From NCBI GenBank assembly GCA_016931185.1, contig JAFGFI010000018.1:1135-65134 (forward strand): a stretch of DNA of 64,000 bases, given 5' to 3'. The notes under the pieces are model-generated. The model was not told the origin of the DNA and searched no databases. It saw only the letters and a list, made by a program, of their open reading frames with translations. Shown here one piece after another: positions 37,330 to 46,885 of this stretch. The position numbers and the translations under genes are program-made. How positions within the stretch are numbered: the first letter of the stretch is position 1; the number at the start of each line of letters is the position of its first letter. The stretch is from Anaerolineae bacterium. Its GTDB lineage: Bacteria; Chloroflexota; Anaerolineae; B4-G1; SLSP01.

Positions 37330-38553
37330 CTGTATAACGAGTAAACTGCTACCCTTATTACGCTTGCGTTTGACCACGCGCAGCGACTTCTCTGCATCCA
37401 CCTGTTTCTGGAAACGCGTGATTGTAGTGGAGGTTGCAGCCACGAGAACTATTCCCCCTACAGCCAGGCAAGCCAACATCTGTTGCAACGTGTGCGCGAG
37501 CGTTTGCAGCGTATGTTCTGTTCTAAGTATCCCCATAACGAGAGTTACCGGCTGATGTTCTGAGATCCGCAGGTCTACTTGATGCACTGCCGTAATCTGT
37601 TCTGCCGGGCATCCGTTCTGGATTAAATTGTACTCGGCATAACGTAAGCTTAAAAGATCGCGATCTGCCAGGATGAGGGCGTTGGGATGGCTATGTATCC
37701 ACAATGCCACGGGGATATGCCCCTGTCCTGGATTAAAGATTAGAGTACGTTCAACTGCACCCGTAACATGTGCGAGCATCCCATGCAAGAGCAATTCGCT
37801 TTGATAACTTAGCGTGTCAAATTCCGGTAGGCCATACGCAGTTTGAAGTGTGTAGGTGATATTTTTAAAGTTTAGATGTAGCTCTTCCCGCAGGTAGATA
37901 CCCTTATGGATGGAATTTTCTACAGATCCAGGAGTGTTGTCATCAGTTCTAGGAACGGATGTCCGCCACCGGTAATGAAATACGGTGTGGTCAGAACGTG
38001 TTTCTCGCAGCAATACCTCAATATCGGAAGAAGCCAGTACTGTATCCACATAGGTCGCCAACGGATTGACAATGACAATGGCAACCTGTCCTTCTGGATT
38101 GAGATAGTGACGGGCATCCAACAGCAATGCGGTGATAACACTTTCCCCGGCTTTGCCTGGAATATTGGAGACTATAAGATCAAAATCCTGTACCGGTACG
38201 TCATCGTAACCCAGACTGCCGTATACTTCTACATCGGGAATTCCATTCAAATCCGCATTTTGGCGCGCATAGGCTACAGCCAGGGCGTCGCGATCCACCA
38301 GGTGAACTATACGTGTGGGATCTTGCTTTTTGAGCGTCAGACCGATGGGACCATAACCACACCCTAAATCTAAAATTTTTTGTGTGTTTTGGGGCAAATC
38401 CTCCAGGGTACTAAGCAGAAAGCGTGTACCTACATCGATTTGGTGACTGCTGAACAAGTCCTGCGAGACCCGGAACTGTAAGCCAAAACGCACATCCTGT
38501 CCACTGTACCAAAAATCAATCACCTTCTTAAAATATATATCGGGTTCTGTCAT
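37309..38553 (-). CDS. Two-lobed methyltransferase (RsmC/RlmG-like small-domain methyltransferase)
   Basis: ILDLGCGYGPIGL motif I and SNIPG (NPPxH-like position). A second degenerate lobe is present. 414 aa. Confidence 0.6.
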   Translation of the reverse strand: MTEPDIYFKKVIDFWYSGQDVRFGLQFRVSQDLFSSHQIDVGTRFLLSTLEDLPQNTQKILDLGCGYGPIGLTLKKQDPTRIVHLVDRDALAVAYARQNADLNGIPDVEVYGSLGYDDVPVQDFDLIVSNIPGKAGESVITALLLDARHYLNPEGQVAIVIVNPLATYVDTVLASSDIEVLLRETRSDHTVFHYRWRTSVPRTDDNTPGSVENSIHKGIYLREELHLNFKNITYTLQTAYGLPEFDTLSYQSELLLHGMLAHVTGAVERTLIFNPGQGHIPVALWIHSHPNALILADRDLLSLRYAEYNLIQNGCPAEQITAVHQVDLRISEHQPVTLVMGILRTEHTLQTLAHTLQQMLACLAVGGIVLVAATSTTITRFQKQVDAEKSLRVVKRKRNKGSSLLVIQKKPGFS

Positions 38554-38618
38554 TGTTTCACATTGCTTCTGGAATAGATCATCGTATGAGTTTTTATCTC
38601 AATTGGAGAGTACACTAT

Positions 38619-38729
38619 CGTAAAACGTAAGGCAGTAAGCTACAAGTTGCGAGTTAGGAGTTAAGAAGATTCTCGCGGATAGCGCAAATCTCGCTAAGTA
38701 ACAGTGTAAAGAACTGCTTACGTTTTACG
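38619..38729. repeat. Long-range inverted repeat CGTAAAACGTAAGGCAGT / ACTGCTTACGTTTTACG
   Basis: Arms at 38619-38636 and 38713-38729 (one bulged G), about 76 nt apart, in the intergenic region between two minus-strand genes. Confidence 0.55.
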
Positions 38730-38739
38730 CTTCATTGTG

Positions 38740-39741
38740 TTATTCACACTTGATGGGCATACCCCCCTGCGCCGCCGATGCCTTAATTGCATCGTAGAGA
38801 CGAGCCATACGCAGGCCGACTTCGGGCGGGCTAGGATTAGGGAAATCGCCGTTGCGCACAGCGAGAAATTGCTCCCACGCGCCCAGTGAGGGGGGCAGTT
38901 CTACCGGCACAAAATCCGGTTCCCCATCACGTTGTACCTCAAGCCAGCGCCCCCACGCGCCGGTATGGACGATCCCCTCGGTGCAGAAGACGCGGATATC
39001 AGATTTACAGGTACGCACGGTCTCACCACAGCCGTGCAAGGTGACGAGCGCGCCAGAAGCCAGCCGTCCGATGACAACAGCTAACGTTTCCACGGGACGC
39101 CCGTAGTCATTGGTCCAAGCGGCTACCTCCACAAACTCCTCCCCTGCCAGGTCCGCGACGGTATTGAGCAGGTGCGCGCCGGTATCGAACATAAAGCCAC
39201 CGCCGGAAATCTCCGGCACCTGCCGCCACTTGCCTGCCGTGCCCGGCCCCCAGCGCTGCCAGATGGTGCCACTGATGCTGAGCAGCTTACCCAACTCGCC
39301 AGAGCGCAGCAGGTACACTGCTTCCCGGATTTCCGGCGATAGGCTGCCATTGAAGGCCACGACTAATAACCTGCCCGTCCGGTCACGGGTCTCAATAAGA
39401 CTGCGAGCTTCTTCTGCATTCATCACCATCGGCTTTTCGAGCAACACATCTACCCCCGCTTCCAGACACATCTTCGCTTGGTCGTGGTGATAAGCGTGGG
39501 GCGTGATAATAAAGACCGCGTCAGGTTTGTACGTTGCCAGCAATTTATCCAGGTCCGGCTCATTGGGCGGTACCTCAAAGCCTGCTTCCTCAAACACTGC
39601 CGCCGTCGCCTCTAACGCATCCGGAGCAGGTTCGCACAGTGCGACAATCTCCGTCTTTTCCGTCATCTGCAATATTCCGCGCAAATGATGACGCGCCATT
39701 CCACCACAGCCGATCAGGGCCATTTTCACTTGTTGTGTCAT
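38740..39741 (-). CDS. Gfo/Idh/MocA-family NAD(P)-dependent oxidoreductase
   Basis: [15 protein letters not shown] Rossmann N-terminus and LLEKPM motif. Confidence 0.85.
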   Translation of the reverse strand: MTQQVKMALIGCGGMARHHLRGILQMTEKTEIVALCEPAPDALEATAAVFEEAGFEVPPNEPDLDKLLATYKPDAVFIITPHAYHHDQAKMCLEAGVDVLLEKPMVMNAEEARSLIETRDRTGRLLVVAFNGSLSPEIREAVYLLRSGELGKLLSISGTIWQRWGPGTAGKWRQVPEISGGGFMFDTGAHLLNTVADLAGEEFVEVAAWTNDYGRPVETLAVVIGRLASGALVTLHGCGETVRTCKSDIRVFCTEGIVHTGAWGRWLEVQRDGEPDFVPVELPPSLGAWEQFLAVRNGDFPNPSPPEVGLRMARLYDAIKASAAQGGMPIKCE

Positions 39742-39765
39742 GAAAATTCCTCCATACCTAAAAGA

Positions 39766-41025
39766 TTACTGGATTTCCAGCAACTCTACTTCAAAAATCA
39801 GTGTAGCATTAGGCGGGATAATGTCACCCGCGCCGGTAGCGCCATATCCTAACTCGGCAGGGACAACGAGTTGGCGCAGGCCACCGACTTTCATCGTTGC
39901 CATGCCTTCTTCCCAACCATCGATTACCTCGCCTGCACCTAGCGCAAAGGTAAAAGGTTCACCGTATAACAGAGAACTATCAAACTGTAAGCCATCGGTC
40001 AGCCAGCCGGTGTAGTGAACACTCACGAGTTGCCCAGTTTCCGGCGTGAGGCCGTCGCCTACCTCAAGATCATAATATTTGAGGCCGCTCTCGGTGGTCT
40101 CGTACAGTTCCTCACGGATTTCCTTTGGGGAAGCAGGTGGCCCTTCACGCGTGTCAAGCAATTCAACCTCAAAAATCAGCGTCGTGTTGGGCGGGATGAA
40201 GTCGCCCAGTCCTTCTTCGCCATAGCCCAATTCCGGCGGAACGACTAACTGGCGCTGTCCACCCACTTGCATCGAGACAATACCCTCTTCCCAACCGGGG
40301 ATAATATGGTTGGCGCCAATCTGGAAGACCAACGGTTCCCCACGATCTATCGAGCTATCAAGCTTGGTGCCATCTTCCAACCAGACCGTGAAATCCGAAG
40401 TCACAATATCACCCAGAGAGGGTATATCGCCAGAACCCTCAATGAAGTCGTAATACTTGAGGCCACTATCCGCTAAAACATAATCCTTCTCCTCTACAAC
40501 AGTGGGATCGGCCGGAGAACCGGCTTTGACCGCTACCAACTCAACCTCGAAAATAAGCGTGGCATCGGGTGGAATCACCTCGCCCGCGCCCGCTTCACCA
40601 TAAGCTAATTCCGGTGGAATGATGAGCTTAGCCTGTCCGCCCACGGCCATCATAGCGATACCCTCATCCCATCCCTCAATGACCTGCCCCTGTCCAAGCG
40701 AAAATTGCAGGGGCTCACCGCGATTATACGAACTGTCAAATATCGTCCCATCCTCCAGCATACCTGTATAGTGTACGGACACGATTTCGCCAACCTGGGG
40801 ATGCGCGCCGGTCCCCGCTTGCACTTCGATATATTGCAATCCACTGGCTGTGACCGTCGCTTCTGGGTCTACGCCCGATGTGGCATTGGTAGCAACGGTC
40901 GCAGTTGGGGCCGGCGTTGGCGTATAAGTGGGGGTCGCCGTCGGCTCCGGGGTAGCCGTAGCACACGCGCTCACCATCATTAAAGTCAACATCACACTTA
41001 CAATCCTGCATAATATTTGCTTCAT
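39766..41025 (-). CDS. Lipoprotein with three tandem FKBP-type peptidyl-prolyl isomerase domains
   Basis: Lipobox-like LMMVSAC. The motif G(Q/E)VI(E/P/D)GW(D/E)EG...M.VGG...L..PPEL(A/G)YG occurs three times. Confidence 0.85.
   Translation of the reverse strand: MKQILCRIVSVMLTLMMVSACATATPEPTATPTYTPTPAPTATVATNATSGVDPEATVTASGLQYIEVQAGTGAHPQVGEIVSVHYTGMLEDGTIFDSSYNRGEPLQFSLGQGQVIEGWDEGIAMMAVGGQAKLIIPPELAYGEAGAGEVIPPDATLIFEVELVAVKAGSPADPTVVEEKDYVLADSGLKYYDFIEGSGDIPSLGDIVTSDFTVWLEDGTKLDSSIDRGEPLVFQIGANHIIPGWEEGIVSMQVGGQRQLVVPPELGYGEEGLGDFIPPNTTLIFEVELLDTREGPPASPKEIREELYETTESGLKYYDLEVGDGLTPETGQLVSVHYTGWLTDGLQFDSSLLYGEPFTFALGAGEVIDGWEEGMATMKVGGLRQLVVPAELGYGATGAGDIIPPNATLIFEVELLEIQ
39769..40870 (-). 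repeat. Intragenic triplication of an FKBP domain-coding unit
   Basis: Three consecutive units of about 115-125 codons share the same motif order in the translated protein. Confidence 0.7.
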
Positions 41026-41096
41026 CTCAAAATCCTTTTTTAAAATTTTACCTAACGAAAGATATTATACCACCATCACACTGTTCTATTTGTCTA

Positions 41097-41125
41097 TTTA
41101 CAAAGATAAAAATCTGTTTTATAAT
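41097..41125 (+). promoter_or_regulatory. Sigma70-like promoter TTTACA-17-TATAAT upstream of yeeE-like/msrPQ genes
   Basis: TTTACA at 41097-41102 and TATAAT at 41120-41125. Confidence 0.5.
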
Positions 41126-41140
41126 AAATAATAAACATAT

Positions 41141-41183
41141 CTTCCAGGAAGTTTCTGTTAGTGGACAGTCAGCTTCCTGGAAA
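41141..41183. promoter_or_regulatory. Pair of CTTCCWGGAAG palindromic sites (candidate operators)
   Basis: CTTCCAGGAAG at 41141-41151 and CTTCCTGGAAa at 41173-41183. Centres are 32 bp apart, between the promoter-like element and the RBS. Confidence 0.4.
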
Positions 41184-41205
41184 ATCTTAGGAGGTAACAA
41201 CAATT

Positions 41206-41724
41206 GTGTTTACGATGACATATTGGTCGCCCTATTGGGTCGGGATAGGAATAGGAATTTTAAGCTGGTTGACGTTTTTGTTATCCGATAAGCCCATTGG
41301 GTGTTCTACAGCGTTCAGTCGCTTCAGTGGGATGATTGAGCAAAGGATACGCGGAAAGGGAGCAGTTATGAAAAAGCCCTACTACCAGAAGGTCACCCCC
41401 GTCATCACTTGGGATGTAATGTTGGTAGTAGGAATTCTGATCGGTTCCTTGCTCTCTGCCCGGCTTTCCGGCGAGTTTGCGTTGCGTTGGACACCTGAGA
41501 TGTGGGCCACGACCTTTAGCAGCAGTCCACTGCTCCGTGTATTTGTCGCCTTCGTGGGTGGCATCTTGATGGGGATAGGCTCTCGTTGGGCGGGTGGTTG
41601 CACCAGCGGGCACGGGATCAGTGGCACACTCCAACTTGCGGTAAGCAGTTGGCTCGCAGTAATGTGCTTTTTTGTGGGTGGCATTGTCACAGCGATGCTC
41701 ATTTTCCGCGTGTTTGCAGGCTGA
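41206..41724 (+). CDS. YeeE/YedE-family sulfur-compound transporter half
   Basis: Multi-TM protein with GGCTSGHG motif. GTG start. Confidence 0.7.
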   Translation: MFTMTYWSPYWVGIGIGILSWLTFLLSDKPIGCSTAFSRFSGMIEQRIRGKGAVMKKPYYQKVTPVITWDVMLVVGILIGSLLSARLSGEFALRWTPEMWATTFSSSPLLRVFVAFVGGILMGIGSRWAGGCTSGHGISGTLQLAVSSWLAVMCFFVGGIVTAMLIFRVFAG

Positions 41725-41956
41725 ATTAGGACAGACATCCCTGTCCATCCGGTAAACTGAGTCATGAATAGATAATGGATGAAAACAGATGCATCGCACA
41801 GCGGAAAATGCAACGCACCTATGTACAGAGGAATTACTCATTAACACGGTGCGTTCACCAACAGTAGAATAAAAGTTTAAGACAAAACCAAGTTTTCAAG
41901 GGTTTTCACAATTTACCAATTTTAAATTTGCCAATTTGCGATTTTCAAGGGAGAAT

Positions 41957-42517
41957 ATGATGTTGGAGAAAATACACTCAAATCAACGGTTACAGTTAGG
42001 CCTGGGACTGGCAGCGGGCGTTGTGTTTGGATTCTTGCTACAAAAAGGGGGCGTGTCTTCTTACGATGTAATCCTGGGCCAGTTATTACTCACCGATTTC
42101 ACTGTAGTCAAGGTAATGCTCACTGCTGTAATTACGGGAATGTTAGGGATTCACGTATTGAAGAGTTTGGGCTGGGTTCACCTGCACCCCAAACCCGGTT
42201 CAGTAGGGACCACCGTTGTCGGGGGGCTGATCTTCGGAGTAGGATTTGCCGTCCTGGGCTACTGCCCCGGCACTATTGTAGGGGCAATCGGACAAGGTTC
42301 ACTAGATGCGCTGACCGGTGGCTTGCTCGGCATTCTGATCGGCGCGTGGGGCTTTGCCACCTTCTCTCCCAAACTAGAAAAGCCCATCCTGATCAAAGGT
42401 AACTTCGGTACCCTCACCTTGCCGGAATTGCTCAAGGTGAAGCCGTGGTTCGTTGTCATCCCGCTGGCGATGGGGTTGACCTTACTGCTGGTTGGATTGG
42501 AGATAGGGGGACTGTAA
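41957..42517 (+). CDS. YeeE/YedE-family transporter second half
   Basis: Multi-TM protein with LGYCPGT motif. AAGGGAG lies upstream of ATG 41957. The track start at 41936 is a non-ATG codon. Confidence 0.7.
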   Translation: MMLEKIHSNQRLQLGLGLAAGVVFGFLLQKGGVSSYDVILGQLLLTDFTVVKVMLTAVITGMLGIHVLKSLGWVHLHPKPGSVGTTVVGGLIFGVGFAVLGYCPGTIVGAIGQGSLDALTGGLLGILIGAWGFATFSPKLEKPILIKGNFGTLTLPELLKVKPWFVVIPLAMGLTLLLVGLEIGGL

Positions 42518-42554
42518 GGGGCGAAGGATAAAAGAACTATCTGTTGGAGGTACG

Positions 42555-43562
42555 ATGATTAAGATTAAATCTTCAGAGATTACGCCGGAGCACGTGTATC
42601 TCTCGCGGCGCAAGTTTTTACAAGCAATGGGTATGATAACCGGGCACGCATTATTGACAGCGTGCCGTGGTCCGGGACAGTCTACAAGCATGCCAGCAGC
42701 GGATGTGGTTGCGCCGGTTACGTCTGTACCGCATGAAACACAAGGCGCGCAAGTGGCGACCAAAGCCGAGAGCTTACCAACCGCGAGTGCGGCGGCTGAC
42801 GAGTTAGGCAATGCACTCACACCTCTTGAGGCGATTGCCAATTATACAAACTACTACGAGTTTTCGGTGAGGAAAGAGGCCGTAGCCGGACTGGTAGGCG
42901 ATTTCGAGACCTCGCCCTGGAGCATCCAGGTTGGTGGCCTGGTAGAGAAACCCAGGCGATTCGATCTCGATGACCTGCGCAAGTTTGAGTCAGAGGAACG
43001 TATCTACCGGATGCGTTGTGTTGAAGCGTGGTCGATGGTGATCCCGTGGCTCGGATTTCCACTGGCAAAGCTGTTGAAGGTAGTTGAACCGCAATCCAAC
43101 GCTAAGTACGTACGATTTGAGACGTTCTACGATCCCAACCAGATGCCGGGCACTAAATCCATGTCACTGCCCTGGCCTTATGTTGAAGGGCTGCGATTGG
43201 ATGAAGCACTGCACGATCTCACATTGCTGGCTACCGGTCTGTATGGTAACCCTTTGCCCGTGCAGAACGGCGCGCCCGCGCGCCTGGTAGTGCCCTGGAA
43301 ATACGGGTTTAAAAGCATCAAGTCTATCGTCAAGATTGAATTGGTGGAGTACATGCCCACCTCACTTTGGATGGCGTCAGGGCCAAACGAATATGGCTTC
43401 TGGGCTAACGTCAACCCAGATGTACCGCATCCGCGCTGGTCCCAGGCGACCGAACGTCTCATTGGGGAAAATAAACGTCGCGCGACGTTGTTGTTCAACG
43501 GTTATGCAGAAGAAGTGGCGGAGCTTTATCCGGATCTTGATGACCGGCAGTGGTATTACTGA
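42555..43562 (+). CDS. msrP: Protein-methionine-sulfoxide reductase, molybdopterin catalytic subunit
   Basis: Tat-like [30 protein letters not shown] closely resembles the YedY/MsrP core. Confidence 0.85.
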   Translation: MIKIKSSEITPEHVYLSRRKFLQAMGMITGHALLTACRGPGQSTSMPAADVVAPVTSVPHETQGAQVATKAESLPTASAAADELGNALTPLEAIANYTNYYEFSVRKEAVAGLVGDFETSPWSIQVGGLVEKPRRFDLDDLRKFESEERIYRMRCVEAWSMVIPWLGFPLAKLLKVVEPQSNAKYVRFETFYDPNQMPGTKSMSLPWPYVEGLRLDEALHDLTLLATGLYGNPLPVQNGAPARLVVPWKYGFKSIKSIVKIELVEYMPTSLWMASGPNEYGFWANVNPDVPHPRWSQATERLIGENKRRATLLFNGYAEEVAELYPDLDDRQWYY

Positions 43563-44176
43563 TGTTAAATCGAACATGGTGGAAGCGACACGGGTTCCTA
43601 ATTGCCGTTCATATTGGCGCACTGTTGCCGTTGGGCTTACTCGTGCTGGATTATGCGCAACAACGATTCCTGGTTGATCCGGTGCGGGAGATTATGACCC
43701 GCACCGGTAGAATTGCGTTAACGGTGCTGTTGCTTTCTCTGACTTGCACGCCCGTTTATGTGCTTTTCCGCTTCAAGCCTGTACTGCGCGCGCGCCGTCC
43801 TTTAGGATTATATGCCTTTCTCTACGCTATGATCCACTTCTTAACATTTGCCGGATGGGATTACGGCTTTAACCTACGCCTTCTTTGGCAAGCCATCACT
43901 TATCAGCGTTTTATCATTGCCGGTGCTATCGCTCTCATCATCTTATTGCTCCTGGCAGTCACATCCACCCAGGAGTGGCAACACCGGTTGGGCAAACACT
44001 GGCAACGGTTGCATCGTACCGTCTACCTGGCGGCCATGCTGGTCATCCTCCACTTTTTCTGGCTGGCAAAAACTCCAGACCGTCCCATGCGTTATGCGCT
44101 GTTGCTAGGGGGACTCCTTATGCTGCGCTTGCCGCAAATAAAACAGGTGGTTACTAACATTCGAAAGGGAAAGTAA
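43562..44176 (+). CDS. msrQ: Protein-methionine-sulfoxide reductase heme-binding membrane subunit
   Basis: Six-TM ferric-reductase-like protein with conserved His residues. ATG 43562 overlaps the msrP stop as TGATG. The track start at 43550 is GTG. Confidence 0.8.
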   Translation: MLNRTWWKRHGFLIAVHIGALLPLGLLVLDYAQQRFLVDPVREIMTRTGRIALTVLLLSLTCTPVYVLFRFKPVLRARRPLGLYAFLYAMIHFLTFAGWDYGFNLRLLWQAITYQRFIIAGAIALIILLLLAVTSTQEWQHRLGKHWQRLHRTVYLAAMLVILHFFWLAKTPDRPMRYALLLGGLLMLRLPQIKQVVTNIRKGK

Positions 44177-44178
44177 AC

Positions 44179-44191
44179 CTTCCAGGAAGTT
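44179..44191. promoter_or_regulatory. Third CTTCCAGGAAG(TT) site directly after the msrQ stop
   Basis: The 13-mer CTTCCAGGAAGTT is identical to 41141-41153. Confidence 0.4.
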
Positions 44192-44332
44192 ATGTGCGTA
44201 TTACACAAACTAAAATCGTGGAATAATGCAAAGTCTCTGCACTTACTATGCCATCTTAAGCGCACCCAGATACGCGACAAGAATGTCGCGGCTACATCTT
44301 CCCCATGATTTGTCCTATACCTTCTAAGCAGG

Positions 44333-44361
44333 TTGACAAAGTCCCATGTCTGATGTAAAAA
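44333..44361 (+). promoter_or_regulatory. Sigma70-like promoter TTGACA-17-TAAAAA
   Basis: TTGACA at 44333-44338 and TAAAAA(T) at 44356-44361, about 30 nt upstream of ATG 44393. Confidence 0.4.
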
Positions 44362-44392
44362 TATCCTACCTATATACTAGGAGGTAAGCTCT

Positions 44393-44812
44393 ATGAAACA
44401 TGTCGCAGTTTTTGAAGGGCTTGTGGTGGATGAATTTGACAATCCTTTAGCCGTCACCTACATAGGAGATGTGCCTCACTATGTTGTGGACGATGCCGGT
44501 TTCCTGCGTCACATTCCCTCGGAAAAGGTCGATCGTCAAGTTTTAGAGCAAATGCAGGAAAATGTTCTCGCCAATCGCGACCTGGTGGTAGATGGAATGA
44601 TGAATTTTATGGGAAAGGATGATCTATTTACGAAAGCCGCGGTAGAAACCTCTATCGCTCAAATGAATGAACATATAGAGCAGTTATTCCAAACAGGCAT
44701 CCCAGAGGATGCGCGCGCCTGGCTGGGTATGATGGGATTTTCAATCGTCATCAATTATCATGGAGATGTGATTACAATCAATATGCCCGAAGCTGTAGAT
44801 TATGATGAGTAA
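44393..44812 (+). CDS. Hypothetical acidic protein
   Basis: 139-aa ORF with AGGAGG upstream, its own promoter-like element and a downstream terminator. Confidence 0.5.
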   Translation: MKHVAVFEGLVVDEFDNPLAVTYIGDVPHYVVDDAGFLRHIPSEKVDRQVLEQMQENVLANRDLVVDGMMNFMGKDDLFTKAAVETSIAQMNEHIEQLFQTGIPEDARAWLGMMGFSIVINYHGDVITINMPEAVDYDE

Positions 44813-44852
44813 AACAACTTATATAAACCTGCAAAGTATACATAATATACTG

Positions 44853-44885
44853 ACGTATAAAAGCCAAGTTTTTATACGTTTTTTC
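44853..44885 (+). terminator. Rho-independent terminator
   Basis: ACGTATAAAA / TTTTATACGT 10-bp stem, 7-nt loop, then TTTTT. Confidence 0.7.
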
Positions 44886-44993
44886 AGTGGAGTCACAACT
44901 TGTCCTTAACCTTTAACGTATAGTAGGATGGGAGTGTTTCTTACATATCCCATCTATATTCAACAATAAATATCACGCAACAGGAGTGTTACC

Positions 44994-45257
44994 ATGACAA
45001 AGCATGAACTTAAATCAAAAGAAGCAGCGGATCAACTGGGATTTTTCCTTACTCCACTGTCCTTGCGGGGAATTCCGGTCTGGCTAACATATTTGGCCGG
45101 CCTGGTCGGGTTACTCTATGTCCTTAATCCAACCGCCGGTGTGATAGAAGCTATCCCCGACAATCTCCCCTTTATAGGCAACCTGGATGAGGGTGTCGCT
45201 TTCACCCTGCTCTGGTATAGCTTGGTAGAACTTTTCGAGGGACATAAGTATCGTTAA
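44994..45257 (+). CDS. Small membrane protein, DUF1232 (YkvA)-like
   Basis: IPDNLPFIGNLDEGVAFTLL motif typical of DUF1232. Confidence 0.5.
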   Translation: MTKHELKSKEAADQLGFFLTPLSLRGIPVWLTYLAGLVGLLYVLNPTAGVIEAIPDNLPFIGNLDEGVAFTLLWYSLVELFEGHKYR

Positions 45258-45335
45258 TGGATAGGTGTGTTTCATCACCAGTAATTATTAGCGTCTGCGC
45301 ACCAATTTCTGGTATAATAGTATTGGAGGTAGTGT

Positions 45336-45641
45336 ATGGCAATGCAGATGACTCTTCGAGAACAAATTCTGATGCGTCTGGTAGAAGTCATTGACCCGGA
45401 GACGGGTGTGGACGTATTACGTATGCGCTTAGTGCAGGACCTGGATGTGGAAGAAGGTACCGGCAAAGCCACGTATACCTTTAGACCCTCTTCTCCTCTC
45501 TGTCCCCTGGCACACAGCCTCGCAGTAGATATCAAACATGCTGTCGCCAGTGTTGATGGTATCACGCAACAAACTATCACGGTGACGGATTACGTCAACG
45601 CGGCGGAATTGACCGAGATTATCAACAGCGATGATGTATAG
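45336..45641 (+). CDS. DUF59 / MIP18-family Fe-S assembly-related protein
   Basis: LVEVIDPETGVDVLRMRLV motif and a conserved Cys in SSPLCPLA. Confidence 0.7.
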   Translation: MAMQMTLREQILMRLVEVIDPETGVDVLRMRLVQDLDVEEGTGKATYTFRPSSPLCPLAHSLAVDIKHAVASVDGITQQTITVTDYVNAAELTEIINSDDV

Positions 45642-45666
45642 AAAAACTATTTAGGAGAAAGAAACT

Positions 45667-45900
45667 ATGCCGATTTATGAATATCGTTGTCAGGAATGTG
45701 GTACCCCATTTGAAGCACGCCGCTCTATGCGCGATGCAGACACGCCTATCGCGTGCCCTAAATGCGGCAGCACGCACGCCAAACGCGGGCTGTCACTGTT
45801 TTTTGCCTCTGGCAGTAGTGGTGTCATTAAAGGGGCCAGCGGTGGCAGTTCATGCAGTTCGTGCGGTGGAGGTTCCTGTGCCTCATGTGGTGGGCACTAA
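45667..45900 (+). CDS. FmdB-family zinc-ribbon protein
   Basis: MPIYEYRCQECG...CPKCGS and a C-terminal Gly/Ser/Cys tail. Confidence 0.8.
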   Translation: MPIYEYRCQECGTPFEARRSMRDADTPIACPKCGSTHAKRGLSLFFASGSSGVIKGASGGSSCSSCGGGSCASCGGH

Positions 45901-45924
45901 TCGCAATCATATATTCCCATCAAA

Positions 45925-45956
45925 AAGCCGCTACCCTCGCCGGATAGCGGCTTTTT
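45925..45956 (+). terminator. Rho-independent terminator after the FmdB-like gene
   Basis: AAGCCGCTA / TAGCGGCTT stem, 11-nt loop, T-run. Confidence 0.7.
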
Positions 45957-45982
45957 GTGTCATTCTTTAAGTTTCGCACGGA

Positions 45983-46078
45983 AGACTACAAAAGTCTCAG
46001 CAGACACTTGGTTGCTGAGTGGTGTCCGTTCAACGAAGTGACCGATCTATAAAGTCACTCGTAAGACTTTTGCAGTCT
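45983..46078. repeat. Long-range inverted repeat AGACTACAAAAGTCT / AGACTTTTGCAGTCT
   Basis: 14 of 15 positions complementary, arms about 66 nt apart. An internal CTCAGCA/TGCTGAG hairpin is present. Confidence 0.45.
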
Positions 46079-46101
46079 GGGGTTATACAAAAACCCTCAA
46101 C

Positions 46102-46130
46102 TTGAAAAACATGTAAGTTATTGTTAAAAT
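46102..46130 (+). promoter_or_regulatory. Sigma70-like promoter TTGAAA-17-TAAAAT
   Basis: TTGAAA at 46102-46107 and TAAAAT at 46125-46130, upstream of the methyltransferase ATG 46153. Confidence 0.45.
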
Positions 46131-46152
46131 ATGTTTAGCATCATTTCAATTT

Positions 46153-46869
46153 ATGGAATCATTAGATCGTCTTGAATATTATCGCCGCCGGTATGCGCTG
46201 CTACGTCCAGGATGGCAACCGGGAACAGCACGCTACGAACGGCAGGTTGCACGGCATCTTACTGCCACAACCCGGGTCCTGGATCTGGGATGTGGTCGGG
46301 GGGGCATTGTGGAACGCTTAATGAATCAGGGGCAATGGATTGGACAAGACCCGGATTGGGCATCGGTGCAAACACACCGCTGTCCCGATTTGCCGCGTTT
46401 GCAAGCGATTTCGGAACGGCTCCCCTTCGCCCCCGCGTCCTTCGATATCGTGGTCTGCTCCTGGGTATTGGAGCATGTCCCCGATCCTGCCGCGATATTT
46501 AAAGAAATTACACGTGTGTTGCGGCCTGGAGGACGGTTTATCTTTCTCACTCCCAACGCTCGCCATCCTATTCCCTATCTCAGCCGGGTATTAGCGCGCC
46601 TGATCCAGTTACAGCGCTATGTCGTCTCCCGTACTTATCGCCGCAGTATCAAGGACACGTTTCCTGTGTATTACCGGGCCAATACCCCGGAAATCATCGA
46701 TCAAGCGGCGGTTTGCGCCGGTTTGCGCCTGGTACATCTCACCCTTGTGGATGACCCGGCCTATTTTTCTTGGAATGAGGTTACATTTCAACTTGCAGCG
46801 CGTATGGAAACGCTGCTGCCTGTTACCTGGAAAGTGCATTTAATCGGTGAGTACAGGTTAGCTGTATAG
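46153..46869 (+). CDS. Class I SAM-dependent methyltransferase
   Basis: VLDLGCGRGG motif I and LRPGGRFIFLTPN. Confidence 0.75.
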   Translation: MESLDRLEYYRRRYALLRPGWQPGTARYERQVARHLTATTRVLDLGCGRGGIVERLMNQGQWIGQDPDWASVQTHRCPDLPRLQAISERLPFAPASFDIVVCSWVLEHVPDPAAIFKEITRVLRPGGRFIFLTPNARHPIPYLSRVLARLIQLQRYVVSRTYRRSIKDTFPVYYRANTPEIIDQAAVCAGLRLVHLTLVDDPAYFSWNEVTFQLAARMETLLPVTWKVHLIGEYRLAV

Positions 46870-46885
46870 GAAAGGAACTATACGT

